The position numbers and the translations under genes were made by a program. This document shows positions 1 to 9,315 of a DNA stretch of 35,970 nt, piece by piece. The notes under the pieces were generated by a model. That model was given only the letters and a program-made list of their open reading frames with translations. It did no database searches and was not told the origin of the DNA. Every line of letters begins with the position of its first letter. Positions within the stretch are counted from its first letter, which is position 1. The stretch is taken from contig JAHFLU010000003.1 of the NCBI GenBank assembly GCA_023264615.1, positions 1-35,970 of the forward strand, in the 5' to 3' direction. Origin of the DNA: a bacterium (GTDB lineage: Bacteria; Patescibacteriota; Minisyncoccia; Phycocordibacterales; VMGT01).

Positions 1-1
1 T

Positions 2-850
2 TTCCTTCAAAATATCTCCTTCACTGAGTGAAAATGCACTGTTCGAAAAATACGCTATTACTTTACGGGAAGGATCAAGTCCCATCGCCTTGAAATATTC
101 GTCACGCGGCATCACATACTTTTCCCGCGGCACATATTTGTCAAACTGCAGAAAACCAATGAGCTGTATCTGATCTTCCCGATACGCGTGATAGATGACC
201 GCTTCGCGCTTCATCGGCATATTCTGTACAAGAAGCGTATCCACATGTTGCGGAATATAGTACTTATTCAAATGGTCCCAGTTTGGCGACATCCCGAGCG
301 TTTGAATACCTCTGCGCTTCGCTTCAGCGACAACCTCAACGTCAGGAAAAAAAGCGAGTGCGGAAACAAAAACAAGGTTGGGATTATAACGCTCAAAAAT
401 CTTGCGGAAAGGGCGTTCGCGAAAAACAAGATTATACAACCAAGGAACAAGTTTTGTTTTAACCCATCGCGATTTTCCAAACGTTCTCGCGATAGCCTTT
501 TTGAAAAACGCCATGTGGCGATTCCCGCCAGCGGGAGTTATGTCTGCACGTGCGCCGACCGTCGCCAATACTTCCGTCGTTCCCGTGAAAATCAGGTACG
601 CATAAAAAAAATGAAATATCTTCTGAAGAAAACCTTTTGGAATATACTCATCAATATATTCAACAGAAATAAATTGGTTGGGAGGATTTCTCTCCAAATA
701 TCGATCAAGCCCTTTATTTGTTAAAAGCACAATGCGCAAATTTTCATTCGCCTGTGGCAATAGTTGTGACAACACAGAGTCGCCGATTTCGATGAATTTG
801 CCAATAGCAGCGCCCATGTACAGACACATGAAAAGTGTTTTTTTTTCCAT
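2..850 (-). CDS. GT-B fold, CDP-glycerol glycerophosphotransferase (TagF)-like / putative glycosyltransferase; runs off the left edge
   Basis: Not in the ORF track because its stop lies outside the window. Manual translation from ATG 850 is open to base 2 (MEKKTLFMCLYMG...EAKRRGIQTLGMSPNWDHLNKYY...GFLQFDKY...GLDPSRKVIAY). It is colinear with the 3371-4738 protein (EAKKRGIATIGMVRSWDNLTTKG...GIPFHDRY...DPQKKIILY). Confidence 0.75.
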   Translation of the reverse strand, partial: MEKKTLFMCLYMGAAIGKFIEIGDSVLSQLLPQANENLRIVLLTNKGLDRYLERNPPNQFISVEYIDEYIPKGFLQKIFHFFYAYLIFTGTTEVLATVGARADITPAGGNRHMAFFKKAIARTFGKSRWVKTKLVPWLYNLVFRERPFRKIFERYNPNLVFVSALAFFPDVEVVAEAKRRGIQTLGMSPNWDHLNKYYIPQHVDTLLVQNMPMKREAVIYHAYREDQIQLIGFLQFDKYVPREKYVMPRDEYFKAMGLDPSRKVIAYFSNSAFSLSEGDILKE

Positions 851-945
851 ATACGAAAAGTCCTGCAATCAACAGGATTACTCTATACTACTACGAAACT
901 TTGCCTTTCGTTACAGGTTCTATAGGTGCTACACTTGGGAAATGT

Positions 946-2181
946 ATGAAAATAGGCATTATTCTCCACCAAAAAAAATTTTTCGGGGGTGGCCCACGCC
1001 TCGTTCTTGAGCTTGCCCATGCACTTAAACATATAGGACATGGTGTAACGCTCTATACGTTCGCCCACGTAGAGGACGATAGGGCCAGTTTTGGCGACCG
1101 CGCACAGGGCCTGCGTGTCGTCACGCTACCTTCTGGGACAGACCTTAAGCGCCGTCCTTTTTGGGGAATGTTCTTCATACCCGGAACAAATGCCATCCGG
1201 CAGTATCTACAAGAAAACAGACTCGCAAAAATGCTTGCTCGAAAGATCGAAAGAGACACCGATGCTCTTCTTCCACAAACGTCTCGAATTGATCTTATCA
1301 CTGCATATTATTTTAAACGTCTCCATAAAAAAGAGACGACGATCATATGGCAGATGAATGATATCATAACGCCTACCTTTAAAGCATGCTATACGGAATC
1401 ATGGACTAAAAATTCTTGCTCCTTTCCGCAAAAACTTTGGTACAGCTTTCTCGACAGGTTCGATCACCACTACCTTTCTGCCGCAGACGAAATCACCGTC
1501 CTTGCAGACATGATTGTCAAACAAGCACGCAAGAGTATCAAGCGACATACAACAATCGTACATCTCGGAGTGAATGCGGAACAATTCGCTTACAAAGAAA
1601 GAGGGCATCCGCAAGGAAAAATACGCCTCTTGACACACGCACAATTTTATCGCCACCGACGATTTGAAGATGCGGTTGAAGCGACAGCCCTTCTTGTCAA
1701 AAAAGGTTACGATGTTGACCTCACACTCTCCGGCGATTCCGAAACATACGAAGCCTATAGAAAGTATCGTGATGAAATACGAGAGAAAGCGCGTTTGCTC
1801 GGAATCGCCGATCGTGTTCACTTTCCTGGCAGACTAAGCGACACAGAATACCTTCAGACCCTCCATGCATCAGATATTTTTATCTTTCCGCACGTGCGCC
1901 AAAGCTGGGGACTTGTCCCCTTTGAGGCAATGGCTACAGGACTTCCCATCCTTGCAAGCGACCAAACGGGCGCAAGCGAGGTTCTCATAGATGGGGAAAC
2001 TGCCCTCATTGTCCCCGCAGAGAAACCCCAAGCAATTGCGAACGCAGTCGAACGCCTCATTCAAAACAAAGAACTCTATAGCAAATTAAGCAAAAATGGG
2101 GCAGTATGGGTAAGAAAGGAACTAACCTGGAATAATTATGCTCGTGCGCTCGTGCGCCTGATAGAGAAACATCGCCAATAA
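946..2181 (+). CDS. Glycosyltransferase family 4 (GT-B)
   Basis: Start moved to ATG 946 (MKIGIILH...GGG). C-terminal DIFIFPH..QSWGLVPFEAMATGLPILAS motif; ends with LTW. Confidence 0.9.
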   Translation: MKIGIILHQKKFFGGGPRLVLELAHALKHIGHGVTLYTFAHVEDDRASFGDRAQGLRVVTLPSGTDLKRRPFWGMFFIPGTNAIRQYLQENRLAKMLARKIERDTDALLPQTSRIDLITAYYFKRLHKKETTIIWQMNDIITPTFKACYTESWTKNSCSFPQKLWYSFLDRFDHHYLSAADEITVLADMIVKQARKSIKRHTTIVHLGVNAEQFAYKERGHPQGKIRLLTHAQFYRHRRFEDAVEATALLVKKGYDVDLTLSGDSETYEAYRKYRDEIREKARLLGIADRVHFPGRLSDTEYLQTLHASDIFIFPHVRQSWGLVPFEAMATGLPILASDQTGASEVLIDGETALIVPAEKPQAIANAVERLIQNKELYSKLSKNGAVWVRKELTWNNYARALVRLIEKHRQ

Positions 2182-2183
2182 CT

Positions 2184-3125
2184 ATGCTCAACAGAATCAA
2201 ACAAACCATTCGTTTCAAATACTACCGTGTTCGTATGAGCGAACCCGTTTGGCTTCGTGTTATCAATCGCACAGGCTACAACCTCTTCAAAAAAGACCGG
2301 AACAGAAATCTCGACGAAATGCAAAAAAGAATCCTTGCAGACCTGCGCGACAATGGTATCGCTTTTGCTCGGGTCACAGATATTCTCTCGCAACAGGAGT
2401 GGGAGGAGCTTCGTTCATATGTACTCGGGCGAGTAAACGACCCAGCCATTCAGACGCGTATGCAAGAACAGCGCAGCGCAGAATATAAGCAAGAAGAAAA
2501 ATATTTCAATATTGACCTCGTCAATAGCCGGATACTCGATCTTAAACACCCGATGTACCGTTTTGCACTCAATGAAAAAATTCTTGGGATCGCGAACGAG
2601 TACATGGGCATGTATACTAAATTCCGTGGCATACGCCTATGGGCATCGCTCCCCGTTCCCAAAGGCGTACCGGAAACTGCATCACAGCGCTGGCATCGCG
2701 ATCTCGATGACCGCCAACTCATGAAAACGTTTGTCTATTTCAACGATGTCGATGAAACAGGGGGGCCGTTTAACTATATTCGTCAGTCGCATGGCGGCGG
2801 AGGCAAGTGGAACAATATTTTTCCGACACCATTCCCCGTCGGTTCATATCCTCCCCATGGAGCGGTTGAAAAAGCAATACCGCAGGAATATATCGTAAAA
2901 GCAACTGGCAAAGCAGGGACCCTCATTTTTTGCGATACAAGCGGCTTTCACAAAGGGGGCTACTGCACCGAGAAGAACCGTTATATGCTCTTTTGCCTTT
3001 ACGCCTCTGCAGCAACCATCGACCCGCTTGGATACACCTATCCTTCGAAGCTTGATGTAGCAAACCTCTCTCCCCGTGCACATTTTGCACTTCAAAATGA
3101 AGGTGTGGACAGTGTCACTATATAA
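2184..3125 (+). CDS. 2OG-Fe(II) dioxygenase, phytanoyl-CoA dioxygenase (PhyH)-like
   Basis: WHRD (HxD), followed by VYFNDVDETGGPF..I..SH, and a distal His in GTLIFCDTSGFHKGG...NR. Confidence 0.75.
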   Translation: MLNRIKQTIRFKYYRVRMSEPVWLRVINRTGYNLFKKDRNRNLDEMQKRILADLRDNGIAFARVTDILSQQEWEELRSYVLGRVNDPAIQTRMQEQRSAEYKQEEKYFNIDLVNSRILDLKHPMYRFALNEKILGIANEYMGMYTKFRGIRLWASLPVPKGVPETASQRWHRDLDDRQLMKTFVYFNDVDETGGPFNYIRQSHGGGGKWNNIFPTPFPVGSYPPHGAVEKAIPQEYIVKATGKAGTLIFCDTSGFHKGGYCTEKNRYMLFCLYASAATIDPLGYTYPSKLDVANLSPRAHFALQNEGVDSVTI

Positions 3126-3365
3126 GAACCTGTCTACGATCTCCATTTCGACTACAATTTTCCAAATTTTGGCTAAAAAATGTGCAATTCTCTTCGATGA
3201 ATCTCGATTCACCTCATCAAATTGCCCATTTTTTATAACGTCGAGCGAGGATGACAAATGAGAGGTACTCCTTTCATTTGGGCCGAGCGATGGCGTTATA
3301 TAGGTTCCAGCCTCTATCTCAAAATTTGAAAAATTCGTCTGGAAAGCGAGATCGCAGACAGGCTC
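3126..3365. mobile_element. MITE-like non-autonomous element, 240 bp, 18-bp TIRs, TAA target duplication
   Basis: GAACCTGTCTACGATCTC (3126-3143) matches the reverse complement of 3348-3365 (GAGCCTGTCTGCGATCTC) at 16/18. TAA lies on both flanks (3123-3125, 3366-3368). Nested internal inverted repeats are present. Confidence 0.7.
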
Positions 3366-3370
3366 TAACG

Positions 3371-4738
3371 TCACGCGAGCATCTTTCGCACAACCGCAAG
3401 GAGACGCTCGCTCGCGTGACCATCGTACATATACGCCTGTTCCGTACGAACGCGCATTCGCCCCTCATGATCATGTGCCGGATTTTTTATGTATTCAAAA
3501 AGAGCAAAACGGAGCTCGTCCGGCGTTTTCGCTACGAACACACCGCCGCTTTTGAGGAATGCCTCCATGTGGATATATTCGAGTACACGTGACGCGCTTC
3601 CAGCCTTCCATACCTTGTCTTCAAAATCGAAATTGACTGCAATCGTCGGACGATCACAGAGTACTGCGTCCAACAGAAGTGTTGTCGTAACACTGATTAC
3701 AACATCGCTATAATAAATTGTGTCGATCAGATGGTCGTCGTCTTCGGGCCCAAGCTCGTTCTTCGTAAAGACATTTTGTTTTTCCGAAAACTGTACACCT
3801 GCACGCTCGAACAGCACATTCTTCTTTTTGAGATCTAAATCGGTAAGGTCGACACTGTCCGCAGGAGGATAGCGCACCAACAAATGGTGTGTGTCTGGAA
3901 GCATCGAAGAAAGCATTGCGATACAATCACGATCAAACGTACTATTTTTTCTATTGCCCTTGAAAAAGCGGTCTCCCATGGCCGCATACAGAATAATTTT
4001 CTTCTGCGGATCTGCATGGATCAAACGCATAAATTCTTCGCGCGAATGTTTCGCGCCTCCGATATACCGATCGTGGAAAGGAATTCCCACAGCAACAACA
4101 CGATCGGGTGGCAGATGGTGTTCCCGTACGGCTTGCTCTTTCATAATGTTGTTGCTCACGAGAAGACGGTCAGGAACAACCCGAAGCGGCCCTTTCGTCG
4201 TCAGATTGTCCCATGAGCGCACCATTCCTATCGTCGCAATGCCACGCTTTTTCGCTTCATGTAGAAGTCTGTTGTCAACCGGATGAAAAGCGTCAGACGC
4301 AAATACAAGTGCTGGCGCGTAGGCCTCAAAGATGTCGCTATATTTTCTACGCCCGACAAAGAGCGAGTAGAGACAGGGAATACACCGCCGGATCAGAGGC
4401 GCCCAAAAAAGGAGTTTTTGTGAAAACGGACGTTCGAGTCCAATCCTATATTTCCGCATCAGATTTATTGAGTGCGTCCGCATGGAAGCCGAAGCAAGGT
4501 CTTTGAAAAAAGAGTCTATCCGACGCAGACGCCCCGGTACGCCATGAACAATGATATTTCCCCTGCCTTGCCCATCGAGCGCGCACGCGAATGTTTTCTC
4601 ATAAAAAGTCTTTTTCCCTTCCGGCACGACAAGCACGATGCGGACATCTTTTTCACGCGCAAGCATCCGAAAAAAAGGAGCAACGAGAACGTTGCGAGCG
4701 GTAAAATTATGAAAACTCGTAATAATAACCGTTTTCAT
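3371..4738 (-). CDS. GT-B fold, CDP-glycerol glycerophosphotransferase (TagF)-like / putative glycosyltransferase
   Basis: 455 aa. Motifs SWDNLTTKG, VGIPFHD, LLVRYPP, YYSDVVISVTTTLLLDAVLCDRPTIAV and C-terminal DGHASERL. ATGA-coupled to the upstream GT4. Confidence 0.7.
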   Translation of the reverse strand: MKTVIITSFHNFTARNVLVAPFFRMLAREKDVRIVLVVPEGKKTFYEKTFACALDGQGRGNIIVHGVPGRLRRIDSFFKDLASASMRTHSINLMRKYRIGLERPFSQKLLFWAPLIRRCIPCLYSLFVGRRKYSDIFEAYAPALVFASDAFHPVDNRLLHEAKKRGIATIGMVRSWDNLTTKGPLRVVPDRLLVSNNIMKEQAVREHHLPPDRVVAVGIPFHDRYIGGAKHSREEFMRLIHADPQKKIILYAAMGDRFFKGNRKNSTFDRDCIAMLSSMLPDTHHLLVRYPPADSVDLTDLDLKKKNVLFERAGVQFSEKQNVFTKNELGPEDDDHLIDTIYYSDVVISVTTTLLLDAVLCDRPTIAVNFDFEDKVWKAGSASRVLEYIHMEAFLKSGGVFVAKTPDELRFALFEYIKNPAHDHEGRMRVRTEQAYMYDGHASERLLAVVRKMLA

Positions 4739-5976
4739 TTCTTCTTATCATGTATTTCTTTCGCCTCCGCGAAAAAGCGCAGAAAATCATCGGCCCACCG
4801 TTGCCAGGTAATCTTCGTACGCGCAAATTCGCTCCCCCGTTTCGAGATCCTCATGTAGAGATCAGGTTCATTGATCAAACGTTCGATATTTGCCGCTATC
4901 TCTTCGGGATGCAAGGCCTCGAATATAAGAGCATTCTCCCCGTGGGTAAGCACTTCGCTTGCACCAATCGTATTTGAAATGACGATCGGAAGACCTGTCG
5001 AAAGCGCTTCAAACGGCGCGATGCCCCATGTCTGTAAATGGTTTGCGTTCACAAATATTTGAGCCTTGTGATGTTCTTTGAGCAAGTCTTCTGCACTCAC
5101 CTCTCCCCGAAAGGTGACCCGGTCTTCCAAATGAAGTTTGCGTACCAAACCCTGCAGCCGTTCATAATATGCCCGGGCTGTATCTTTAAACGAATGATTG
5201 CCTACAATCGTCAAATCAACGTCATAGCCGCGGTCTCGCAGCATCGCCACTGCCTCTAATGTATCTTCGTAACGGCGATGAATATAGAAAAAATTATGAC
5301 TGAATAGTTTAATCTTTTTCGTCTTATCGATCGGCTGCCGTTCTATGTATGGAAAATCATCTATATCAACGCCCGGCCGGACTACCTTTATCCACCGGTG
5401 CAGAAAAGCGCCCGCAATGTGTGCCGTTCGATCGTTGAGTACCGCAATCACTTCCTGTGCAGCAAGATACTTATTGATGAGATGTTCATCGCGGAACCAA
5501 TTGATGAGCCGCTGCAAAAATGTGCGGTGGGGCGGGCGTAATGCAGGATCATCCGCATACGACCAGTTTGCAAGAAAAAGATCGCTGATGAGACCCGCCG
5601 AAGGAATGTCTCTGATGAGCTTTTTGTAAAAATAGGCGACGCGCATGGACATCTGGTCGTGTGGACTCAATATGTCAAAATCGGGATCCATGCGCAATGC
5701 AAGCTCGCGGCAACGCCTGCTTTCAAACCACTGGTGGACAAAAGTCCCGATAAAGCGCAGACGGAAGAAGCGTGCAAGGAACGGGGAATATTTCTGGTCG
5801 AGTGCAATGATAGAGAGACCCCCTGTCAGCTCGGGAAATGAAATTTTTGGCAAATATATAAAGGTAAAAAGCTTCACCTCATGGCCCCGTTTTACAAGTT
5901 CTCTCGCAAGCATAATGATCTGGCGCTGTGTGCCTCCCGGGATATCTAGTGTATGTATAATCAGTCCTATTTTCAT
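4735..5976 (-). CDS. Glycosyltransferase family 4
   Basis: MKIGLII...GGTQRQ...LVKRGHEV; C-terminal QTWGIAPFEALSTGLPIVIS. Confidence 0.9.
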   Translation of the reverse strand: MKIGLIIHTLDIPGGTQRQIIMLARELVKRGHEVKLFTFIYLPKISFPELTGGLSIIALDQKYSPFLARFFRLRFIGTFVHQWFESRRCRELALRMDPDFDILSPHDQMSMRVAYFYKKLIRDIPSAGLISDLFLANWSYADDPALRPPHRTFLQRLINWFRDEHLINKYLAAQEVIAVLNDRTAHIAGAFLHRWIKVVRPGVDIDDFPYIERQPIDKTKKIKLFSHNFFYIHRRYEDTLEAVAMLRDRGYDVDLTIVGNHSFKDTARAYYERLQGLVRKLHLEDRVTFRGEVSAEDLLKEHHKAQIFVNANHLQTWGIAPFEALSTGLPIVISNTIGASEVLTHGENALIFEALHPEEIAANIERLINEPDLYMRISKRGSEFARTKITWQRWADDFLRFFAEAKEIHDKKK

Positions 5977-5983
5977 AAAATTT

Positions 5984-7192
5984 TCATGTTTGATGCATTA
6001 CTCTCTCCATGAGAGCAACAACCTCTCCTGCTTGTCGCTTCCAGGAAAAATGTTCTTTCATGTGTTTCGATCCTTCACTGCTTATCAACTGATATAATTC
6101 CGGAGCATCAACCAAACGCACAACCGCTAAAGCGATCGATATCGGATCGCGCGGGAGAGCAAAGAGAACATGTTTGCCGTCTTCAACTGTTTCGTAGGTA
6201 CCCGAAAGCGGCGTCACGATTGTTGGAAGGCCGCTTGCAACGGTTTCGTTTACAGCAATTCCCTGTGACTGCAAGTGCGGATAGATAAAGATATGACTTT
6301 CTGCTAAATATTTCTGCAATTGTTCATCGGAATATCGTCCAAAAAACACCACTCGTTGCTCAACCTTCTTCTCCACGCATAATGCTTTCAGTGCGCGGTG
6401 ATACTTTACATCCGTATTGTAATCTCCAAGTATCGTAAGACAGGGATCAAGCCCTTTTTCGATCAAATGCGGCATCGCCTCAATGATATCCTCGAATCGT
6501 CGGTATGATAGAAAGATTCCGCTTGAAAGTAGGTTGAGACGCGCTCCATGACGCGGTGGTTGTCGTAGCCTGTAGTGAAATGCTTCCACATCAACTCCCG
6601 ACGGGATTACCACACTCTCCACACCTGCATACCTTTTAAGCATGTTCTGATGAAACTTGTCAAAAACAACGATTGCATTTTGTGCCCTGATAAATCCCCG
6701 CTCGTAACGCGTCTTGCTGCGGATCAAAAATTTCTTCAGAAACAATGGCCGCCATGGTATATCATGATACGCTCTATTCTCCATAATAGAGAGCAATTCG
6801 AGCGGCCAGCGCATTGTCGGAAGCTCATTCATATTCCATACAGAGGGGATATTCCGTATGTATTTTTTGTAGTAGTACGCAACGTGATGCGCGGGGCCAT
6901 CATCAGGATATAAGAGTTCTGTATTTCTATCAATCATATACGCCATAGCACGCGCCATGCGATTCTCGGAAAGAATACCGAGCAATCCAAACGTCCTATG
7001 ATGCTGACTCCTCGGCATCGTAACAACCGTAAAATTCTTAAGAAGTTCAGGGAAACACTTTTCAGCATCATAGAAAAATGTATAGAGCGTGATCAAATGA
7101 CCCTGTTTTTGTAATTCGTATGCAACATTAAGCGCAATCCTTTGCGCCCCGCCAGATACATTTAGTTTTCGCATAATCACTGCAATCTTCAT
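5984..7192 (-). CDS. Glycosyltransferase family 4
   Basis: MKIAVI...GGAQR...LQKQGHLI; VIPSGVD; QSQGIAVNETVASGLPTIV; ends with FSW. Confidence 0.88.
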   Translation of the reverse strand: MKIAVIMRKLNVSGGAQRIALNVAYELQKQGHLITLYTFFYDAEKCFPELLKNFTVVTMPRSQHHRTFGLLGILSENRMARAMAYMIDRNTELLYPDDGPAHHVAYYYKKYIRNIPSVWNMNELPTMRWPLELLSIMENRAYHDIPWRPLFLKKFLIRSKTRYERGFIRAQNAIVVFDKFHQNMLKRYAGVESVVIPSGVDVEAFHYRLRQPPRHGARLNLLSSGIFLSYRRFEDIIEAMPHLIEKGLDPCLTILGDYNTDVKYHRALKALCVEKKVEQRVVFFGRYSDEQLQKYLAESHIFIYPHLQSQGIAVNETVASGLPTIVTPLSGTYETVEDGKHVLFALPRDPISIALAVVRLVDAPELYQLISSEGSKHMKEHFSWKRQAGEVVALMERVMHQT

Positions 7193-7232
7193 ACTCCACA
7201 GTATAAACTAAACAATAATTCAACAGGTATCA

Positions 7233-7261
7233 TTGACCCTATTAAAAAAACGTGCTATAGC
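7233..7261 (+). promoter_or_regulatory. Putative sigma70 promoter of the Nudix-like gene
   Basis: TTGACC-17 nt-TATAGC, with TGn immediately before the -10 box. Confidence 0.5.
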
Positions 7262-7307
7262 AGTCCCAGAGGCTCTTTCTCTACACTCACTCTATAGGAG
7301 AAAGTTC

Positions 7308-7934
7308 GTGGATCTAACTACCATTCCGACCCGGGATTTACTCGGGGCTCTCCTCTACAGAACAGACATCATTGATGAACGGGGTATGACAGTGCACCCC
7401 GCAGGATACCAACTCTTAACCAGCATGAACACTCTTCCCTGTACCGATATTGTTGGTGTCCGTTTGAACAAAGGTATTGTCGAAGGGTGTCTCACCATCC
7501 GCGAAGCTGGGTATTATAGCGGACATTTTACGATGATTGGGGGACGCGTCCCCTATGGGATGCACTTTGAAGATAGCCTTCGCAACCATATACGCGAAGA
7601 CCTAGGCGTTGAAATCCAAATTCTCTCTGGAATCAATCGTCCTGACTATGTATGGCCCTACACTCGTATCCACGCACGAAACAGTAAGTACTGGGGTCAC
7701 GATCCCTCAAAGTTTGCGATCGGACTCACGTATCTTGCCACATTTGACTGGACAGTCGTCTCTTTTCGAGAAAAATCGCATAGCGGCCCCGAAGCGCGTG
7801 CACTGCACTGGTTCTCACTCAATACGTTACCGACAGAAGAAAAATTCGGATACGGACACTATACGCCGTTTACCGAATGTCTCAATAAGGCAGCTACGGT
7901 TCCCGAAATTTTACTTCGGTTACCGTGCGTATAA
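7308..7934 (+). CDS. Nudix-fold hydrolase, DUF4916 / GDP-mannose mannosyl hydrolase-like
   Basis: GTG 7308 lies 7 nt after AGGAG. PCTDIV, a degenerate Nudix box GGRVPYGMHFEDSLRNHIREDLG, GHDPSKFAIGLTY, and WFSLNTLP..FGYGH. Confidence 0.65.
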   Translation: MDLTTIPTRDLLGALLYRTDIIDERGMTVHPAGYQLLTSMNTLPCTDIVGVRLNKGIVEGCLTIREAGYYSGHFTMIGGRVPYGMHFEDSLRNHIREDLGVEIQILSGINRPDYVWPYTRIHARNSKYWGHDPSKFAIGLTYLATFDWTVVSFREKSHSGPEARALHWFSLNTLPTEEKFGYGHYTPFTECLNKAATVPEILLRLPCV

Positions 7935-7946
7935 TTCCCCTATCAT

Positions 7947-7972
7947 ACAGGCGTTCCTTCCGGAACGCCTGT
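7947..7972. terminator. Hairpin between convergent genes (probable terminator)
   Basis: Perfect 11-bp stem ACAGGCGTTCC-TTCC-GGAACGCCTGT. No strong U-tract on either strand. Confidence 0.55.
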
Positions 7973-7977
7973 TCCTC

Positions 7978-9315
7978 TTATTTTTCAAGAGAAAAAACGA
8001 TGGTGTCGGGATTCGCTGGCATGTTGTCGCGACCGATGATCTGAAATTCCGGCAACGGCACAATAAACTTCCCCCCGTTTTCTATATACTCACCCTCGCG
8101 CTTGAGAAATTCCGGCATAAAGTGCCATGGCAGCACGAGAAAATAATCCGGCTTATCCGCGCGCGCCTGTTCTTCAGAAATCACCGGTATACCGGTGCCA
8201 ATGGTATACTTGCCCCATTTCATAGGGTTCCTTTCCGCAGCAGCTATAACCCTTGTACGATCAAGACCAAAGTACTGCAAGAGCGTGTTGCCTTTTGTGG
8301 AGGCACCATACGCATAGACAACTTCTCCATTTTTTTGCACTTCATCAATAAACCTATTGAGCTCATTTTTGATTCGCTCCACACGGATAGCAAACTGATC
8401 GTAGACGGCGCGGGACTGCAAACCGAGAGCTTCTTCACTTTTCCGCAGTGCGAGAACCCTCTCTTTCGCTCCGCTTCGACTGCTTCCGACCAAGTTTCCC
8501 TTGTGTCGAATATAGGTACGGAAACTGCCACCGTTGACTTCATTCAATTCGAGATCGAACACCTCAAGGTTGTGGCGATCAAGCAATCCTTCGAGTGAGT
8601 ACAAAGAGTAATATTCGATATGCTCGTGGATAATGTTGTCAAAATTGTTTTGCTTCAGCATGAGCGGAAGATACGCCTGTTGAATCACAAAAACTCCGTC
8701 TGGATCGAGTGCTTTTTCTACATCTGCAACAAATGTATTTGGATCATCGAGGTCATAGAACATCGCAATTGCTGTTATAATCTTCGCTTTCGTAGTACCA
8801 AATTCCCTTGCAAACAGTTCATATCCAAAAAAGTCATTGAATATCTTCGTTGTCCCTTTCTCCGCGAGCTCCATCAGATTGTTTGCAGGCTCGAAACCCA
8901 CGAGACAAAGTCCCCGTGTTTTATATGCACGAAGCATCGTCGAGTCATTGCTTCCGATATCGACGACAATATCGCCAGCCGAAAGTTTCGGCATTGATTC
9001 GGTCGTATTCGCAAGCTCCGTCAATGCATCGGTCATTGATGTATTCACACCAGAGCGATACCAATAATTTCGATACATCTTTTTCGGTGAAACTGTGTGC
9101 CGCAGCTGAAGCAGCCCGCAACCCCGTTTCGCTGCATCGCAGAGCACCAATTGAAGAGGGTAGGCCTCTTCGTTTCGAAGCGTCTTTGTATCGGGGCTAT
9201 CGATAAAATTAGAAATATACAAATTACCCAAAGAAAGAATGTCGGAGAGTTCGGAATTGCCGCACACGCGACACCCCGAAGCTCTCCGACAATGTTGTTC
9301 TGAATTGTTACTCAT
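7978..9315 (-). CDS. NDP-sugar C-methyltransferase (Zn-binding N-terminus, SAM domain, C-methyltransferase C-terminal domain)
   Basis: CRVCG...YPLQLVLCD...CGLLQL Zn site; YWYRSG; DIGSND; HEHIEYY; YGASTKGNTLLQY; LPWHF. Confidence 0.88.
   Translation of the reverse strand: MSNNSEQHCRRASGCRVCGNSELSDILSLGNLYISNFIDSPDTKTLRNEEAYPLQLVLCDAAKRGCGLLQLRHTVSPKKMYRNYWYRSGVNTSMTDALTELANTTESMPKLSAGDIVVDIGSNDSTMLRAYKTRGLCLVGFEPANNLMELAEKGTTKIFNDFFGYELFAREFGTTKAKIITAIAMFYDLDDPNTFVADVEKALDPDGVFVIQQAYLPLMLKQNNFDNIIHEHIEYYSLYSLEGLLDRHNLEVFDLELNEVNGGSFRTYIRHKGNLVGSSRSGAKERVLALRKSEEALGLQSRAVYDQFAIRVERIKNELNRFIDEVQKNGEVVYAYGASTKGNTLLQYFGLDRTRVIAAAERNPMKWGKYTIGTGIPVISEEQARADKPDYFLVLPWHFMPEFLKREGEYIENGGKFIVPLPEFQIIGRDNMPANPDTIVFSLEK

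Noticed and set aside
188-1010. Plus-strand ORFs of 178 and 110 aa at the left edge
   Set aside because: They are shadows of the real minus-strand gene 2-850 and have no motifs.
2844-3374. 176-aa minus-strand ORF
   Set aside because: It runs through the palindromic element and antisense into the dioxygenase gene; no recognisable domain.
7609-8598. 329-aa plus-strand ORF
   Set aside because: It overlaps the Nudix gene out of frame, crosses a terminator-like hairpin and is antisense to the methyltransferase.
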